Shown: positions 1 to 13,690, numbered from the stretch's first letter. The stretch is DNA of 64,000 bases from Octopus sinensis (GCF_006345805.1 NC_043000.1:89094001-89158000); one strand, 5' to 3'. Notes: generated from the letters alone by a model not told the origin. Made by a program: numbers and translations.

Positions 1-239
1 ACAATCTAACAAGTGAAATGGACATATTATAAATAAAATAAGAAACACATGAAAATAAATACATTGCTTCTGAATTTCAAAGAGTTTTGGAAATATATCT
101 GAAAATGCGATATTACTATAAGCTGTATCTGGAATAATTCTATTAATTGGAAGACTTGGCGAATAATGGGAATGGAAACAGTTATTGTAGTGAATACAGG
201 AAATTAACTGTAAAAGATACATGTGTGTACAATCATATT

Positions 240-466
240 TAAGTTTTTAACATTCAGATTACTCTGTCAAATGCAATGCTTGATCATTCACATATTTTTT
301 AATTAATCATACATTATCTCACAGCTTCAAGATTTTGATGGTGTCATTGTTTATTTTTAGAATGACATTTTAGGGTAGGTGTGAGAGGCAGGATCCAGTT
401 GGTTTGAACATCAAATAGGTTGAATATTTTGGCCAGATATGGCTGGTTTAAATACTGTAGGGTTAA
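240..466. mobile_element. Non-autonomous MITE-like repeat with piggyBac-style GGG-TTAA end; relatives at 8788-9295 and 55676-56236
   Basis: Shared internal sequence (cagattactctgtcaaatg...agaatgaca...gtaggtgtgagaggc) across three loci. Ends AGGGTTAA at 459-466; the 8.8 kb copy starts TTAA-CCCTTTAGCATTT. Confidence 0.5.
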
Positions 467-769
467 CATGTTCATGCACACTAAAATGTATTATCTATGA
501 GGAGAATCTTTTTCTCTGAAGACAATTTTTATGGCATATGTCTTTCCCTGTACAAATCTATACACATATATCAAACAGTATTTACCTACCTGTATTCCAT
601 TCAGTGCTGCTCTGTGTGCCTCAATTAATTAGCTGTAAGAGAGTCTTGTTTGGAGCTTGTTTTCACACAGACTAATAGGCAGGGTCAAGGTTCAATGGAA
701 TGGCAGTTAAAGGTCAAAGGGGAATTAAATATAATGAGCATGGAAGAATATACCAAGGAATCCTGAACG

Positions 770-1400
770 CAGTTCATCAGGATAAACAGGGACAATGGAC
801 AATGTGGGAGAATGTACTCCAAAGAAGTCTCGGCAGAATGACATACAGTATATGGCTCTTCTAAGAATCACCTTGATCTTCAAGGTTGTATATAATCTCC
901 TGCCGTGAAATATAAACGTAATATGGTGGAAGATATTAGATAACCCTGCATGCCCACTCTGCCAAAGCAAACACACAGTTGAACATGTCCTGAGCTGGTG
1001 TAAAATGACACTAACCCAAGGGAGGTACATATGAAGACACAATCAAGTGCTCAGTGTGATTATATATGTGATTTGTACCGTGACCGGTAAGATGATGCCA
1101 CCAGAAGCTCCACCAATGTTTTATATAGCATGAGGCAAAATACTTGTGGCCTGGAACAGCTATGGCAATTGAATCATAGAAGTAGGGTCTACTGGATATA
1201 GAGTGGATGATAGGGGTGCATTGTAGACTTTCCAGAATGGGAAAATCAACCAAATATCATTAACAAGAGTGGTATGAGACCAGACTTTGTATTCCATTTC
1301 ACTTTCATCGGAACAAGTTTATTGTGATTGAACTCACTGTGCCTTATGACAGCAAAATCGAAGAACCTCACATCTATGAGACTAATAATTATGGCAATTG
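770..1400 (+). mobile_element. Degenerate HERO-like non-LTR retrotransposon 3' region (CCHC knuckle and restriction-like endonuclease)
   Basis: Frameshifted translation QGQWTMWENVLQR / VYNLLP*NINVIWWKILDNPACPLCQSKHTVEHVLSWCKMTLTQGRYI*RHNQVL, then MRPD and IVIELTVPYDSKIEE. Confidence 0.75.
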
Positions 1401-2785
1401 AACCATCAAATTTTGTGAATCATGCTTCCAAGCCAAAGTCCTCACCATAAACACAGGAGCAAAGAAGTATGTTGGTAAATCTGCATATGATCAAATATCA
1501 CAATGCTCAATTTCTGTGGAAAAGAGGATCAGAGCTCTTAAAACAATGTTAAAAGCAGCTAAAAAGAGCTCCAATTGGATCTGGTCAAGGAGGAATGAAA
1601 GTGAACTTCAGAAGGTATAACTAATCCTATATACAACTGGTATCTCAGACTGAGGTGGTTATGACAGCCAAAATGTCTTAGCTCTGGATCATCTTGACCC
1701 CACCAAAAACAAGAGCTTGCAATCCAAACAGTAGCATAGAATGCAGCACCAGAGGAGTATCCCTGGATGTGACCTGGCCTCCTTAGAGTGTGAGGATTTA
1801 AGGACTGAAACTCTTGCATGTGGATGTAGTCTTCTTTGAAGACATTCTTCTGTTCATCTCTCCTTAGAGTTTCATATTACTATCTATATATATATGTTAG
1901 ACAAGTGTCTCTGTTTTGTGTTTTAGAACATGACCTTTAAGCCATGTATTGAGAAAAAGACCCATCAAGCCAAGTAAAATCATTCATGGTAGATGCTGGT
2001 GTCATGCAAATGGCACCTGTGCCGGTGGCACATAAAACCACCCATTACACTCGTGGAGTGGTTGGCATTAGAAAGGGCATCCAGCCATAGAAACTGTGAG
2101 TCTGGTGCAGCTTTTTATCTTGCCAGCCTTTGTCAAACAAACTAACTTATTGGAAGAGCCTGTGTCGATGGAGGAATTGGGAATAGGTGATGGAGAGCTT
2201 TGTGTGTTCAGGGTGGAAGGAGGAGAAGTTGAGATATGAGTGTGAGTCTCTGTGTTTATAGTGGATGGAGGTGGTGAGAGTGGAATGATGAGTGCTGACC
2301 GAAATGTCGAGAAAGGCGACTGAGGTGTCGGAAATAGTGCAGGAGAAGTGGAGGGCAGGATGGAAAGATTTGACAAAAGAGAGGAAAGAGTCTAGATGTT
2401 CATGGGAGAGTGAAGTTGCACCGATACAGTTATCAATATAACAACCGTATTGTTCAGGAGTGGGACCAGTGAAAGTTTAGAATATTTGGGCCTCAATGTA
2501 GCCAACAAACAGGTTCGCTTAGTTGGGGCCCATTCTCGTTCATATGTATGTATGTATGTATGTATGCATGCATGTATGCATACATACATACATACATACA
2601 TACCATCGATTTGTTTCTGTCTCTCTGTCTTCCACTCTAAAAAGCTTTGTAATTGAATTACATCAGCAGAAACTGAAAGAAGTTATCCTATGTGTGTGAG
2701 TATGTGTTTGCATCTTCTTGTCTTGACATCACATGGTAGTTGTAAATGAGTGTCACAGCCATACAAGCGGTATCATTTTCAATGT

Positions 2786-3176
2786 TACTCTTTTACTTGT
2801 TTCAGTCATTTGACTGCAGCCATGCTGGAGCACTGCCTTTAGTTGAGCAAATTGACCCCAGGACTTATTCTTTGTAAGCCTAGTACTTATTCTATCAGTC
2901 ACTTTTGCCGAAACACTAAGTTACAGGGATGTAAACACACCAGCATCGGTTGTCAAGTGATGTTGGGGGAACAAACACAAACACACACACACATATATAT
3001 ACATACATATATACGACAGGCTTCTTTCAGTTTCCATCTACCAAATCCACTCACAAGGCTTTGGTCAGCCCGAGGCTATAGTGGAAGATACTTGCCCAAG
3101 GTGCCACGCAGTAGGACTGAATCCGGAACCATGTAGTTGGTAAACAAGCTACTTACCACATAGCCACTCCTGCACC
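2786..3176 (-). mobile_element. tRNA-headed SINE (GGTGCAGGAGTGGCT... family) with internal (CA/TA)n
   Basis: Near-identical organisation at 37068-37493 (-) and 52558-52945 (+). Tail GGCGGTGCTCCAGCATGG...GAAACAAGTAAAAGAGT. Confidence 0.8.
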
Positions 3177-3923
3177 TATATAAAATATTTCTGGCCATGG
3201 GGAAAATATTACCTTGCTTGGAAACAAGTGAGGGTTGGCGACAGGAAGGGTATCAGCTGTAGAAAATTTTCATCCATAATCACTGTTTGGTGCTGATACT
3301 ACTATTTTTATTCCAGTCAGGTGGGCCACAAGTGCAACTCAGTCACTGATGTTGACTGCTTTTTAATTAAAGTTACAGCTTTGAATCTGCCCAGGGTTTT
3401 CTCTCTTCAGTATTTCCCATTGAGAGCCAGAAACACACATTTTGGAATCAGCTTGAGGAAGTACTGGGCAGATCTGGTGTTTTTATGCTTTTTACCATAA
3501 GGGAATTTTTTCTTTACGGTAACTTTTGTGAATTTGCCTTTATAAGCTAAAATATGTCACAAAATCATATTTTAGCTAAACTTTAGTTCACTTATTCTTA
3601 ATCACTGCTTAGCAGTGATGCTGAATGTGTGTGTGTGTAGTTTATATATATTACATAAATCTTTATATATAAAGCTGAAGTTGTCTGTGTGTGGCATGTT
3701 TCGTAGCCTCCAACTAACACTATCTCCTGCAAGACCCTGTGGTGCAAGTTGACCAAAATTGAGAGCATGTAGAAGAAAAAATTCAAATCAGACCATGTTA
3801 AGACCAAAAATTATTTACATCAAAAAGGTGCCTTTTTTCTATGAAAATCCCTATTTTTTACGATCTTTTGACAGCTGTGTCGCCATTTTTCGGTGTATTT
3901 CAACCAGAAAAATGTTCACTTAA

Positions 3924-4996
3924 CCCTTTCGTTACTATATTTCTGACCAAATTACACCCCTTATGTGTTTCAATTAATTTCTAACGTAATCATAAATTTA
4001 GTCTGGTTTCATTAAACAACTATAACTTTTTTATTTATCGATATATTAATCTGATTTTTGGAAGATAATTTAATGAAATATTCTCAACCAATTCTATACT
4101 ATAATTTTTGTCACAAAGTGACTCTAATTGCAGGTAGATACAGGTAAATTCCACAAAATATAAAATTATTAAAATTTTGTTCAAACATCGCTATAGAAAA
4201 TGGGTTATTAGCTAATATTCAATTGGGTATACAACAAATTTTACGATAGAATTTGTTATTCTGGGTAACTTTCTGATACCCATAATAATATTTATGGCAA
4301 AATAGGCCTTAATTTCATTTAAGGTTGTGGGAAATAACAAACTATCCTTTCTTTCGCTTTGTTTACGTTTAGCGTAACAGTTCGTTTCCGCCGTAATGAT
4401 TTCAAATGGGCTCATTCGAAAAACTAAAAGGAAATAGTTTAAGGCTTTACTCTCCTGGGAAAGTCTGTGGCTTGGTCCAGTTTCTTCAGAAAAATCACCG
4501 AAAGAAACAGTTTTTAAATTTTCACTCCATTCAGGTGCCAATTCGTTTTCTTTATCGCTATCGGAGATCTCGGATTCACTGTTTTCACTTTCGGAAAATG
4601 AAACATCAGATTCATTATCAAATACCACATGCTTTTTTTTTCAGTCATAGAGTTAGATTTATGAAGGTCTTCAGTAGAAAATCCTTCGAATTCTGACTCG
4701 CTGCTTGATATAATGAAATTCGTATCCATTTTTTGTCAGAATTACAAATTTTGAAAACACAATAGGAACAAATTTCGGAAAAAAATCTCCCAAAATTCAC
4801 GGAATTAAAAGTACACTTCGATTATTGTACAAAACTGTAGTTGAACTGTTTACGAAGTATAATACGTGTTTTCACGAATGTACTGAAGAGATTTGCTCTG
4901 ATATTCTCATTTAAATATTCAGGCGGCTTTGGGCGGTTTGGTCTCATAAACCAAAATTTTTTTCGGGCGGCTTTGGGCGGTTTGGTAACGAAAGGG
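3924..4996 (-). mobile_element. Internally deleted piggyBac transposon with transposase N-terminal fragment
   Basis: TTAA at 3920-3923 and 4997-5000 flanking inverted ends CCCTTTCGTTAC / GTAACGAAAGGG. ORF 4212-4628(-) has an acidic N-terminus and PGBD-like TAETNCYA...EIKAYFAINIIMGIRKLPRI. Confidence 0.88.
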
Positions 4997-5333
4997 TTAA
5001 AGAGAATAACAAGCTACATAATGCATTTCAAAACTTCCAATTCTAAAGGGTCGAAAAGAAAACAAACCCGAGCAATGTCGGGCTATACTACTAGTATATT
5101 ATATAAATACTATTTAATGCAAAACGTTTTATTTGGAATCAATTGATTTACAACAATTGTAATTGGTTTTATATTGTCTACAATTAACATTGTCTGAGAC
5201 AAAGTATTAAATACATTTATTAATTTGCTTTTTTCAATGTGCTGCATTGTGATAGCTTACATTATTCTTCTTATATTCATATAATAATGCTTCAAATGGC
5301 TGTTAATGTCTTATTTATTTTAAACATTGAAAG

Positions 5334-5462
5334 GGTTTTGACAAAAGTGTTCCAATTTTTCTGAGGTATGAGGGAAAAGTGTTCAACAGAGCAATGAGCA
5401 GAAGAGAGTGTGCTCTTCTGATTAACTCAATTTGGAAAGAGAGAATAAACGACCCTAATAAG
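5334..5462 (+). CDS. TSNAXIP1: TSNAXIP1-like (translin-associated factor X-interacting protein 1) internal exon: GFDKSVPIFLRYEGKVFNRAMSRRECALLINSIWKERINDPNK
   Basis: AG acceptor at 5332-5333 (in-frame TGA just upstream), GT donor at 5463, 129 nt, phase 0/0. Peptide resembles the 'G.G..vP.FLR..G.V.N...S......L....W.E' segment of TSNAXIP1 as I recall it. Confidence 0.8.
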
Positions 5463-8400
5463 GTTTGTATAATTTCATTTGAAACTAGATTTGTTCAAAT
5501 GTCCTAATTATGCACATTGATATCATTGTGAAAGTTCATCGGCTTGATATAGGCACAGACAGACATATCCAGATTAACTAGACAGTATTATAGCTGCATA
5601 TTCTTTAACTGTATGTTTCATATGTTTAGTTTAAATGAATTAGTGATAAAGATATCATCATCTTATCGGTATAATACTATACAACTCTGAAAACATCTTT
5701 GATGTTTATTTTGTCTTTTTAGAATCATTTGGCTAAATCCAACCTCTTGTGAGCAAGACGCATTCAAGTAAATAGCAGTCAAGTAATTCAAGAAAGCTCA
5801 CAAGATACAATTTTATATTTAAGCATTTAATTATAGTTCATTTAATTTTATTGGCTCATAAATTGTGAAAATCTGGGTGGAATTAGGTAGAATTCAACAT
5901 TCTAGGTTTAAATTATCTCAAATAGTATTTTGTGTTGTAGAGTGATTATAATTAAGTTATTAGCTCACTTTTAATTGAGTGATTATTATTAAGTTATTAA
6001 GCTCACTTTTAATTGATTTTAATTTAATTTTATCAGCTTATAAATAGGTGACAGTCTGGATGGAATTAGATAGTGATTAAGGATGAAGGTTTAAATTATC
6101 TTGAAAAGCAATTTGTGTTGTAGAGCTTAAGAAGTAATTATTAGTAAATCGTTATCTCAATTTTTACATCAAATATTCTGGTTTTGGGTGAGTAATAATA
6201 TTTATCTATTTGGTTTGATATTTCGCTGTCAGTATGATTTGAATATATTGTTATAGGAATTAACACTTAGAAAATGAGAATCTGGAGGCAATGATTAAAA
6301 TCTAACTCTATTGGTGATATGTGAGGATTGAATGAGGAAGAATTGAACTATGAGGAAGAATTGAACAAATTTGAAACAAGTTGCTAGATTTAAATATTTG
6401 AGAGTCATTATTATAACAGATGAGGAAAAAGAAAGCATAAAAGAATTAAAGTCAAAGATTGGGCTGCCCAAAGCTGCATGTGATGAAACCGTTTGTATCT
6501 TGTCAAATAAACAGCTACAAGTGAAATGAGGAAAAGAGTTCCAGGAGAATACATAGAACCTATCAAACATATTGGTTTCAAATTCTGTCACAAGGCCAGC
6601 AATTTTGGGGGAGGGGTTAAGTCGATTACATTGACTCCAGTGCTCAGCTGGCACTTACTTTAAGGACCCCAAAAGGATGAAAGGTAAAGTCAACATTGGT
6701 ACAGTTTGAACTCAGAACATAAAGATGAACAAAATGCCACTAAGCATCTTGTCCAGTGTGTGCTAAGGATTCTGCCGTCTTGCTGCTTTAGCCCATCCCT
6801 ATATATTGCTATGTGACTTGAAACATATGCAAAAGCTTATCAATACTGCAGAGATTTGCTTCCATAGAAGAATGCTAAAAGAGTCCATTGTAGATAGAGT
6901 GACAAATATGAAGCAAAGACATTGTTTAATTTAAAGCATAAAATATGCAGATTTGACTTTCCATCATCACATTGGCCTAATTTATAACTGCTTTATATAG
7001 TAACTGATTACAATATGCAGTTGATTGGGGAAAGAAGCCAAGTATGTCTTCTCTGAGCAGTGGTTATCAGACTGTGAAACAGTCTATCAGAAAACTCTCT
7101 CCTTCGTTTTCCTACACATTAATAGCTTAGACTGCATGTCTACTGTTTTACTTTCTTTGTTCACCTACAGCAAGATTTTGAAATACACATATATACATGT
7201 ATATATTACTCACACACACATACAAGTTTGTGTGTATTGTGTGTGTCTACAAAATATGTAGGCAGAGTATTTTCAAATGGTTGTGAAGTCCCAGTTTTGA
7301 TCCCAGTCCATAACATCTTGGGTAAGTGTTATACTTCAATAGATTTGGATGACTAAAATTGGATAGATGGAAACTGTAGAGAAGCCCATCTGATAAATTT
7401 AACATGTAATTCAAAAGGTACAACCATGTTACACTGTTTCTACCTGAGAATTATCTTAAAGTTTACATGTATCTTAGGAATACTCAACCATTTAATTAAC
7501 ACTAATTTAGGTGTAGGTAATTCAGTTGACAAGAGATCAGTTGTGAACACATGCTTCTGCTGATGACTCCTATTTAGGCAGAAACACTTGTTGCCAGCAG
7601 TTCTTTTGTCTTCAGACAATCAGTGTCTTTTCTTTAGTGGCATTTTTATTTTTTTATTTTTTATTTCATCTAGTTTCAGCTCACGAGCTGTGGCCATGCT
7701 GGGACACCGCCATCAGTTTTGTGGAATACTTTTATCTTTCCTTCTTATTCGGAATGGGTACTAATTGTCCCAATGCTATTATTTTGCCCTGTCTGGAAGT
7801 GGAGATAATTTCAATAAATGAAAAATTTATCTTGTATGTTATTTAATATATCCTCATTAGTGTTATACTTATGCATGTATGTATGTATTATGTATGTATG
7901 TGTGTGTATGTATGCATAAGGAAAGAGATTGATTGATTGATGTAATATTTTTGTTTTTCTCTCCCAAGAACTTTGAGGTAAATAATAACATTTTTGTTTA
8001 CCCTTGTAACAACCTTTTTTCAAAAGGAAATCTTTATGCTTCTACATTTCCTGAGCCCAGTGGTACTAAAGTATTCACCTTGCCAAAGTTAGATGTTTTT
8101 CTAATGCAAAACGTATGTTTTTCCTTTCCCCCAAAACTGATATTTGGTTTTTGAAGGTGTGAACGTGAAAGAATTTTTATGCTATATTATTGTAATGCTC
8201 AATTAGATACAAAATCGAAATATTGTACAAAAGATAGTTTCTGTGGTAAAAAAAATATGTCTCAGCAACAACAATTTCTAGTTCCAAACTCTTTTTGATA
8301 CCACTGCATTGTTATCCATTTACACAATGTGCATCTTCATGATATTCTACATCCTCAATGCAACCAGGACAGTGAACTGTGATAAAGAATGACATAATTT

Positions 8401-8787
8401 AGAAGAAAAGTACTTTATCTTGTGCATTTGCTATTAATCAGTATACCACTTGTCATTTGATATGCCTGGGGAGTTATAGTCATGCTTTGTTCCCATTAAT
8501 TAGGAATTTAATTAAAGTGTTTAATGGATTTAACTTCATTGATGACAGCATTACACTGGATGTTTTATAGTAATTAGCCAGCACTCTACTGTTGGTGCTA
8601 CAGACATGTAGTTAGAATGTCGCAGGAAAGAATCGCAAGATAGATTCTTCAAGTCATGCTAATTAGCAGGAGACCTCAGGGTAGATCAAGAATGGGATGG
8701 TTGGATAATTTCTATTGTTTCAGTTAGTCATGCTTGACAATCCAACTGAAATGTCTTGTTTATTGCAATTCTAGTTTAATATGTCAA

Positions 8788-9295
8788 TTAACCCTTTAGC
8801 ATTTAGATTACACTATCAAATGTAATGCTTCTTATTACCCATTGTATTTCGTTTTTGGATTTAGTTTGCAAGATTCTTTATATGAGTTTGTGTATTGAAG
8901 CATATTCTATTGGGTCTGAGGAGAGTCATTTTCTTTTTGTGCCTTATAATTTAACACACTCACTGGAAAAATTTCCTCTTATTTCTTATTTTTATTTTCC
9001 TAAAATTTTCGTTGCGTCTTGCAACTTTTTTCATTAGTCTTGACTCATTGCAAGACGCAACGAAAATTTTAGGAAAATAAAAATAAGAAATAAGTGGAAA
9101 TTTTACTGGTAAGTGTGTTTTATTAAACATGCATTATTTTGCGACTTTGAGAATACAATGATGTGATTGTATATTTTTAGGATGACATTGTACGGTAAGT
9201 GTCAAAGACCAGATTTTGACAATTTTAACATAAAAAAGTAGAATATTTGTACTGGTTTTAGTCAATTTGAACACTAATGAATTAAATATGTTTGA
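8788..9295. mobile_element. piggyBac-style MITE copy interrupted by a hairpin element at ~8846-9120
   Basis: TTAACCCTTTAGCATTT start; sequence after 9120 resumes alignment to the copies at 240-466 and 56070-56236. Confidence 0.55.
8846..9120. mobile_element. Fold-back (hairpin) insertion, same family as 46946-47296
   Basis: Inverted arms around the apex AGTCTTGACT (~9036-9045); shared sequence with the 47 kb copy and a fragment near 61960-62000. Confidence 0.75.
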
Positions 9296-9869
9296 AGATG
9301 GTGCTGAATTAAAAGAACTTGAAATGATGTAGATAAAACACACAAGTTCACCTTCCGCTAACTTAACTGATAAATTTCAAATAGAATTAGATACAAATTA
9401 GAGAATATGTATATTGGTAGTGTTGTTAAATGTAAACCCTGACCTGTCTAAGTCTTTTATTTCATATCCTTTAATAAAAATCTTTTCTGTCATTCTGAAA
9501 AAAAAAAGTTAATTTTTTTTTTTATATTTTCACTGGTCATCAAATTTTTTCATTTCCACTGTAGGTCACAATCCTGCAAAGAAGACTTTAGTTTTTGGTT
9601 AGGATTAGAACTTTAGGATTAGGATTACGGTTATGGTTAAGGATTAGTGTTTCAGGATCAAAGCATTGAGTTTCTGATTAGATTTCCAAGAGAGAAGAAA
9701 TATTAAAATAAAGCAAAAATCTTTGAAATTGATAATTTTTTTTACACACTCATGATCTCAAGTGTATGTATGTATCTGAGCAGAGACAATTTCTAAAAAC
9801 ATTAAAATTTAAATTTAAACAATTTAGTTGTAAATTGTGTGTGGCATGTATGTATGTATTGTGTGTATA

Positions 9870-10097
9870 ATGTGTATGACATTTGTATACATGCATACAT
9901 ACATATATGCATGCATTCATGTATATATGTACGTATATATGTGTATATATATGTATATGCACATATATATATATATGCATGTATATATATATATATATAT
10001 ATATGCATGTATATATATATATATGCATGTATATATATATATATATGCATGTATTATATATATATATATATATTATGCATGTATATATATATATATG

Positions 10098-10147
<50 letters not shown>

Positions 10148-10170
10148 GCATGTATATATATATATATATT
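9870..10170. repeat. Compound (TA)n / TATATGCATG microsatellite
   Basis: Direct reading; source of the spurious YI-rich ORFs. Confidence 0.95.
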
Positions 10171-10320
10171 TATCTGTCCCACCCATGATAGCATGGAACA
10201 CAAACATTTAATGATGATGATGATGATCTACACACATATTTATACATGAATGCATACATATATCTATATGTAATCACTCTATTTATCTGTCTACCTATTT
10301 ATTTGTCTATCTATCTGTCA

Positions 10321-10385
<65 letters not shown>

Positions 10386-10583
10386 ACTCACCCACTCACA
10401 CTGACGTACTGACACATACATGCACTACCATATAGAAGCACACATGAATACCAAACATGCATTCACACACATTTGAATATATCATAAATCTCTTTCGACA
10501 AAGTATAAAAACTATTTAAGATTTATGCATAATATCTGAATCCTCTTTGGGTGTTTTTCTTTACTCTTTCTTTTGTTTCCTAG

Positions 10584-10745
10584 GAAACACAGAGCTTATC
10601 CAAGTTTGTGCATTTCTTTCTCTGCCAAAATTACCCAATAGAAGCAATGCGCATTGAATGGGCCTATAATTTATATGATAGTTGTTCATATATGGCTCAA
10701 TGGAACGAAAATCTCAAACTGTTTTGGGAAATGCTGAACAATGAG
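10584..10745 (+). CDS. TSNAXIP1: TSNAXIP1-like internal exon: ETQSLSKFVHFFLCQNYPIEAMRIEWAYNLYDSCSYMAQWNENLKLFWEMLNNE
   Basis: Pyrimidine tract plus TAG acceptor, GT donor at 10746, 162 nt, phase 0/0, in frame with neighbouring exons. Contains the EWAYN motif typical of the family. Confidence 0.82.
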
Positions 10746-11869
10746 GTTTGTTTCATTAAAGTTTTATTTTTTATATATTTTCTATTTAAAATTTTCCGCA
10801 TTAATTTTGGAAAATAAAATGATAAATAAAATGAATTGTAAAAAAAAAAAAAGAGAAAAAAACCCCAGAAAAACTACTTTATGTCTTGGTATTGATAGAA
10901 CCTTATCATTAACCTTTGATAATAACTCATGTAATTCCTAATTCTAAATTATATTTCCTTCTGTTTAATCTTATTAGTCCCTTATGTTTTGTTATGTTTT
11001 CATTCTTTTTTTTCCTTTTTTCTGAATGAATTAGGTTTTGCTGTTGTATTCTTCTTCTTCCTCTCTCATCTTAATTATCGTCATTATCATCATCCTTGTT
11101 TTTTTTTTTTTGTCCTATGTACCTGCTCCACAACATTATACTGGTGATATTTAATACATCAAAAGGTGGTGGGCTGGCAGAATCATTAGCACACTGGGCA
11201 AAATGCTTAGTGGCATTTCGTTTGACATTATGTTCTAAGTTCAAATTCTATCAAGGTTGACTTTGCTTTTCATCTTTTCTGAGTCGAACACTGGAATCAA
11301 TATAATCAACTAGCCTCCTTCTATGAAGGCACATGGCTCAGTAGTTAGACCATTGGGCTCACGATCATGAGGTTGTGAGTTCAATTCCCAGTCCAGGCTG
11401 TGTGTTGCATTCTTGAGCAAGATACTTTATTTCACATTGCTCCTGTTCACTCAGCTGTAGGAATGAATTGTTGTTGTTGTTGTTGTTGTTGTTATCATCA
11501 TTGTTATTATTAAGGTGGTGAACTGGCAGAATCGTTAGCATGCTGGACACAATGCTTAGTGGCATTTCACCTGTCACTGCATTGTGAGTTCAAATTCCGC
11601 CGTGGTCAACTTTGTCTGTCATCTTTTTGGAGTCGATAAAATAAATACCAGTTGAACACCAGGGGTGGGGAGTCAATATAATCATCTCATATCCTCCCCC
11701 AAAATTGCTGCCCTTGTGGCAAAATTTGAAATCATTATTATTTATTTTATTATTATTGTTGTTGTTATTCTGAAAGACTCTCGGATAGTTCTTAATTACT
11801 GATTATTCTTTACTTGAAAATAGGCAATAACAAATCACCAAAGCTTTCAAGTAGTGCCTTCTCCTGTGA

Positions 11870-13690
11870 CTCAAAGAGACAATATTCTCCTTAGAAAGTA
11901 AGCTGTACACAACAATGCTGTCTTCTGGATCACCTCTAATATTCCAATATTCTTATTATGCTTTTCAAAGCTCTTGGAAACTGCTCCTAATGCTCCAGTT
12001 ATCACCAGTATCACCATTACTTTCCTCATGCCCCATTACTTTCCTATCTCGTCCGACAGTGGCTGGTATTTCTCAATCTTTTCAGTTTCCTTACCTTTCA
12101 ATCTCAAATCACCTGGTATTGCAATATCTATTATCTTTATTTCTTTTTCATCTTTATGGTTATGCACGATATCTGGTCATCCCGCCTCTATGACTTGATC
12201 GCACTGCATGTTAAAATCCCAGAATATTTTGTAATGTTCCTTTTCCATTACTCCCTCTGGTTTGTGTTCATGTGGAAGCACTCCGTCGGTTACAACGATG
12301 AGGGTTCCGGTTGATCCGAGACGATGAGGGTTCCGGTTGATCCGAATCAATGGAACAGCCTGCTCGTAAAGTTAACGTGTAAGTGGCTGAGCACTCCACA
12401 GACACATGCACCCTTAACGTAGTTCTCGGGGATATTCAGCGTGACACAGAGAGTGACAAGGCCGGCCCCTTGAAATACAGGTACAACAGAAACAGGAAGT
12501 AAGAGTGAGAGAAAGTTGTGGTGAAAGAGTACAGCAGGGATCACCACCATCCCCTGCCGGAGCCTCGTGGAGCTTTTAGGTGTTTTCGCTCAATAAACAC
12601 TCACAACGCCCAGTCTGGAAATCGAAACCGCGATCCTATGACCGCGAGTCCGCTGCCCTAACCACTGGGCCATTGCGCCTCCACTATTTGTGTTCATACC
12701 ATTGGTTGGCTCTCTCAAGGTTTGCTTTACCATACAACAGCCAGTTGACATATTTGGCCGCATTGTCAGGTCTTCTTCTGTATTCACATGATGCGAGCTT
12801 ACAGCACTCACTAACGATATAGCTTATACTTTCTCTTTTCTCAGAGCACATCCTACTCTGTGGCAGGTCAGTGCTTTTATCAATGTGATATTTGGAGTAG
12901 TTTGTTCTGAGAGCTTGTTATTGAGTGATGCACACTAATGCCTCAGTGAGCCCATTTAAGTCTCCTTTCTGTAGCTATTGTCAGGTTCTTTCTTTTCCAA
13001 TCAATCTCATCTTTATTCTTCAAGATCTGACTGTGCATTTTCTTGTCCTACCAAATTTTCTTCATCCTCCTGTCTCTGGTCTTCCTTAAATTATGTTGGA
13101 TCTATGGCTTTGTTCACTTTTAAGGTTTCCTGCAATTTCACTGCTTCAATCATTTCTTCTTTACTCACCTTGACATACCAAGCCAGGCTATTCTCGTCTT
13201 CCCTTACACAACATTCACAACATGCCAATACCCATCCTCCTTCTTTCCTCTTTACATACAGTCTTGACACATCACTCTTGGGTTGTAGTTCCTTGTTCAT
13301 TGTCATTAATTTACGTGTTCTCCGTTCTATCTCTTGTAATTCACGCTTCTTCCAAGATACTGTTCCTGCCCCATATCTCATCAAAGCAACATCCCATGTG
13401 TTAATTACTCTAATCTTATAGCAGCCACTTAGCTTCAATTGGAGCACAAGCTGAGTTCTCCACAAATACTCTTTCCTATACATTTCTTTCATCTTGTGTT
13501 CATTCATCTTATCTCTTTCAATGATACCCAGGTACTTATATCCTTCCTCTCCAACTTCCTTCATAGTTTCACCACTTTCCAGCTTGATTCCCTGGCTTTT
13601 ACTGATTTTCCCCCTTTTGAGAATCATTACACCACATTTCTCGATCCCAAATTCCATGCCAATATCTTTGCTAATCATCTGCACAGTTGC
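11870..13690 (-). mobile_element. Degenerate R4/Dong-type non-LTR retrotransposon (RT C-terminus, CCHC, RLE), interrupted by a SINE at ~12272-12684
   Basis: ORF 13091-13684 (DIGMEFGIEKC...YKYLG...RLYVKRKEGG), a CCHC-like segment near 12750-12860 and IIDIAIPGD...KIEKYQ near 12000-12140. Confidence 0.82.
12272..12684 (-). mobile_element. tRNA-headed SINE (GTGGAGGCGCAATGGCCCAGTGGTTAG head) with probable TSD
   Basis: A-box and B-box-like head. TTTGTGTTCAT occurs at 12261-12271 and 12687-12697. A related copy ends at ~55109. Confidence 0.8.

Noticed and set aside
2068-2530. Ser/Pro/Thr-rich minus-strand ORF
   Set aside because: Low complexity and probably a decayed repeat; family not assignable by eye.
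6295-6530. Apparent exon-like purine-rich stretch
   Set aside because: Reads as a decayed LINE RT thumb (KYLRVII...ELKSKIG); no fit to the gene model.
9020-9075. Possible hammerhead at the apex of the 9 kb / 47 kb hairpin family (CUAAUGA...GUUGC/GCAAC-GAAA)
   Set aside because: Core mutated and no stem I or III partners found.
9596-9650. TTAGGATTAG telomere-like run
   Set aside because: Short and degenerate, with no perfect TTAGGG array; cannot support an interstitial telomere.
9750-10211. Many YI/CV-rich ORFs (also 17984-19136, 51393-51756, 55690-56118, 60192-60528)
   Set aside because: Translations of (TA)n/(CA)n microsatellites with no coding signal.
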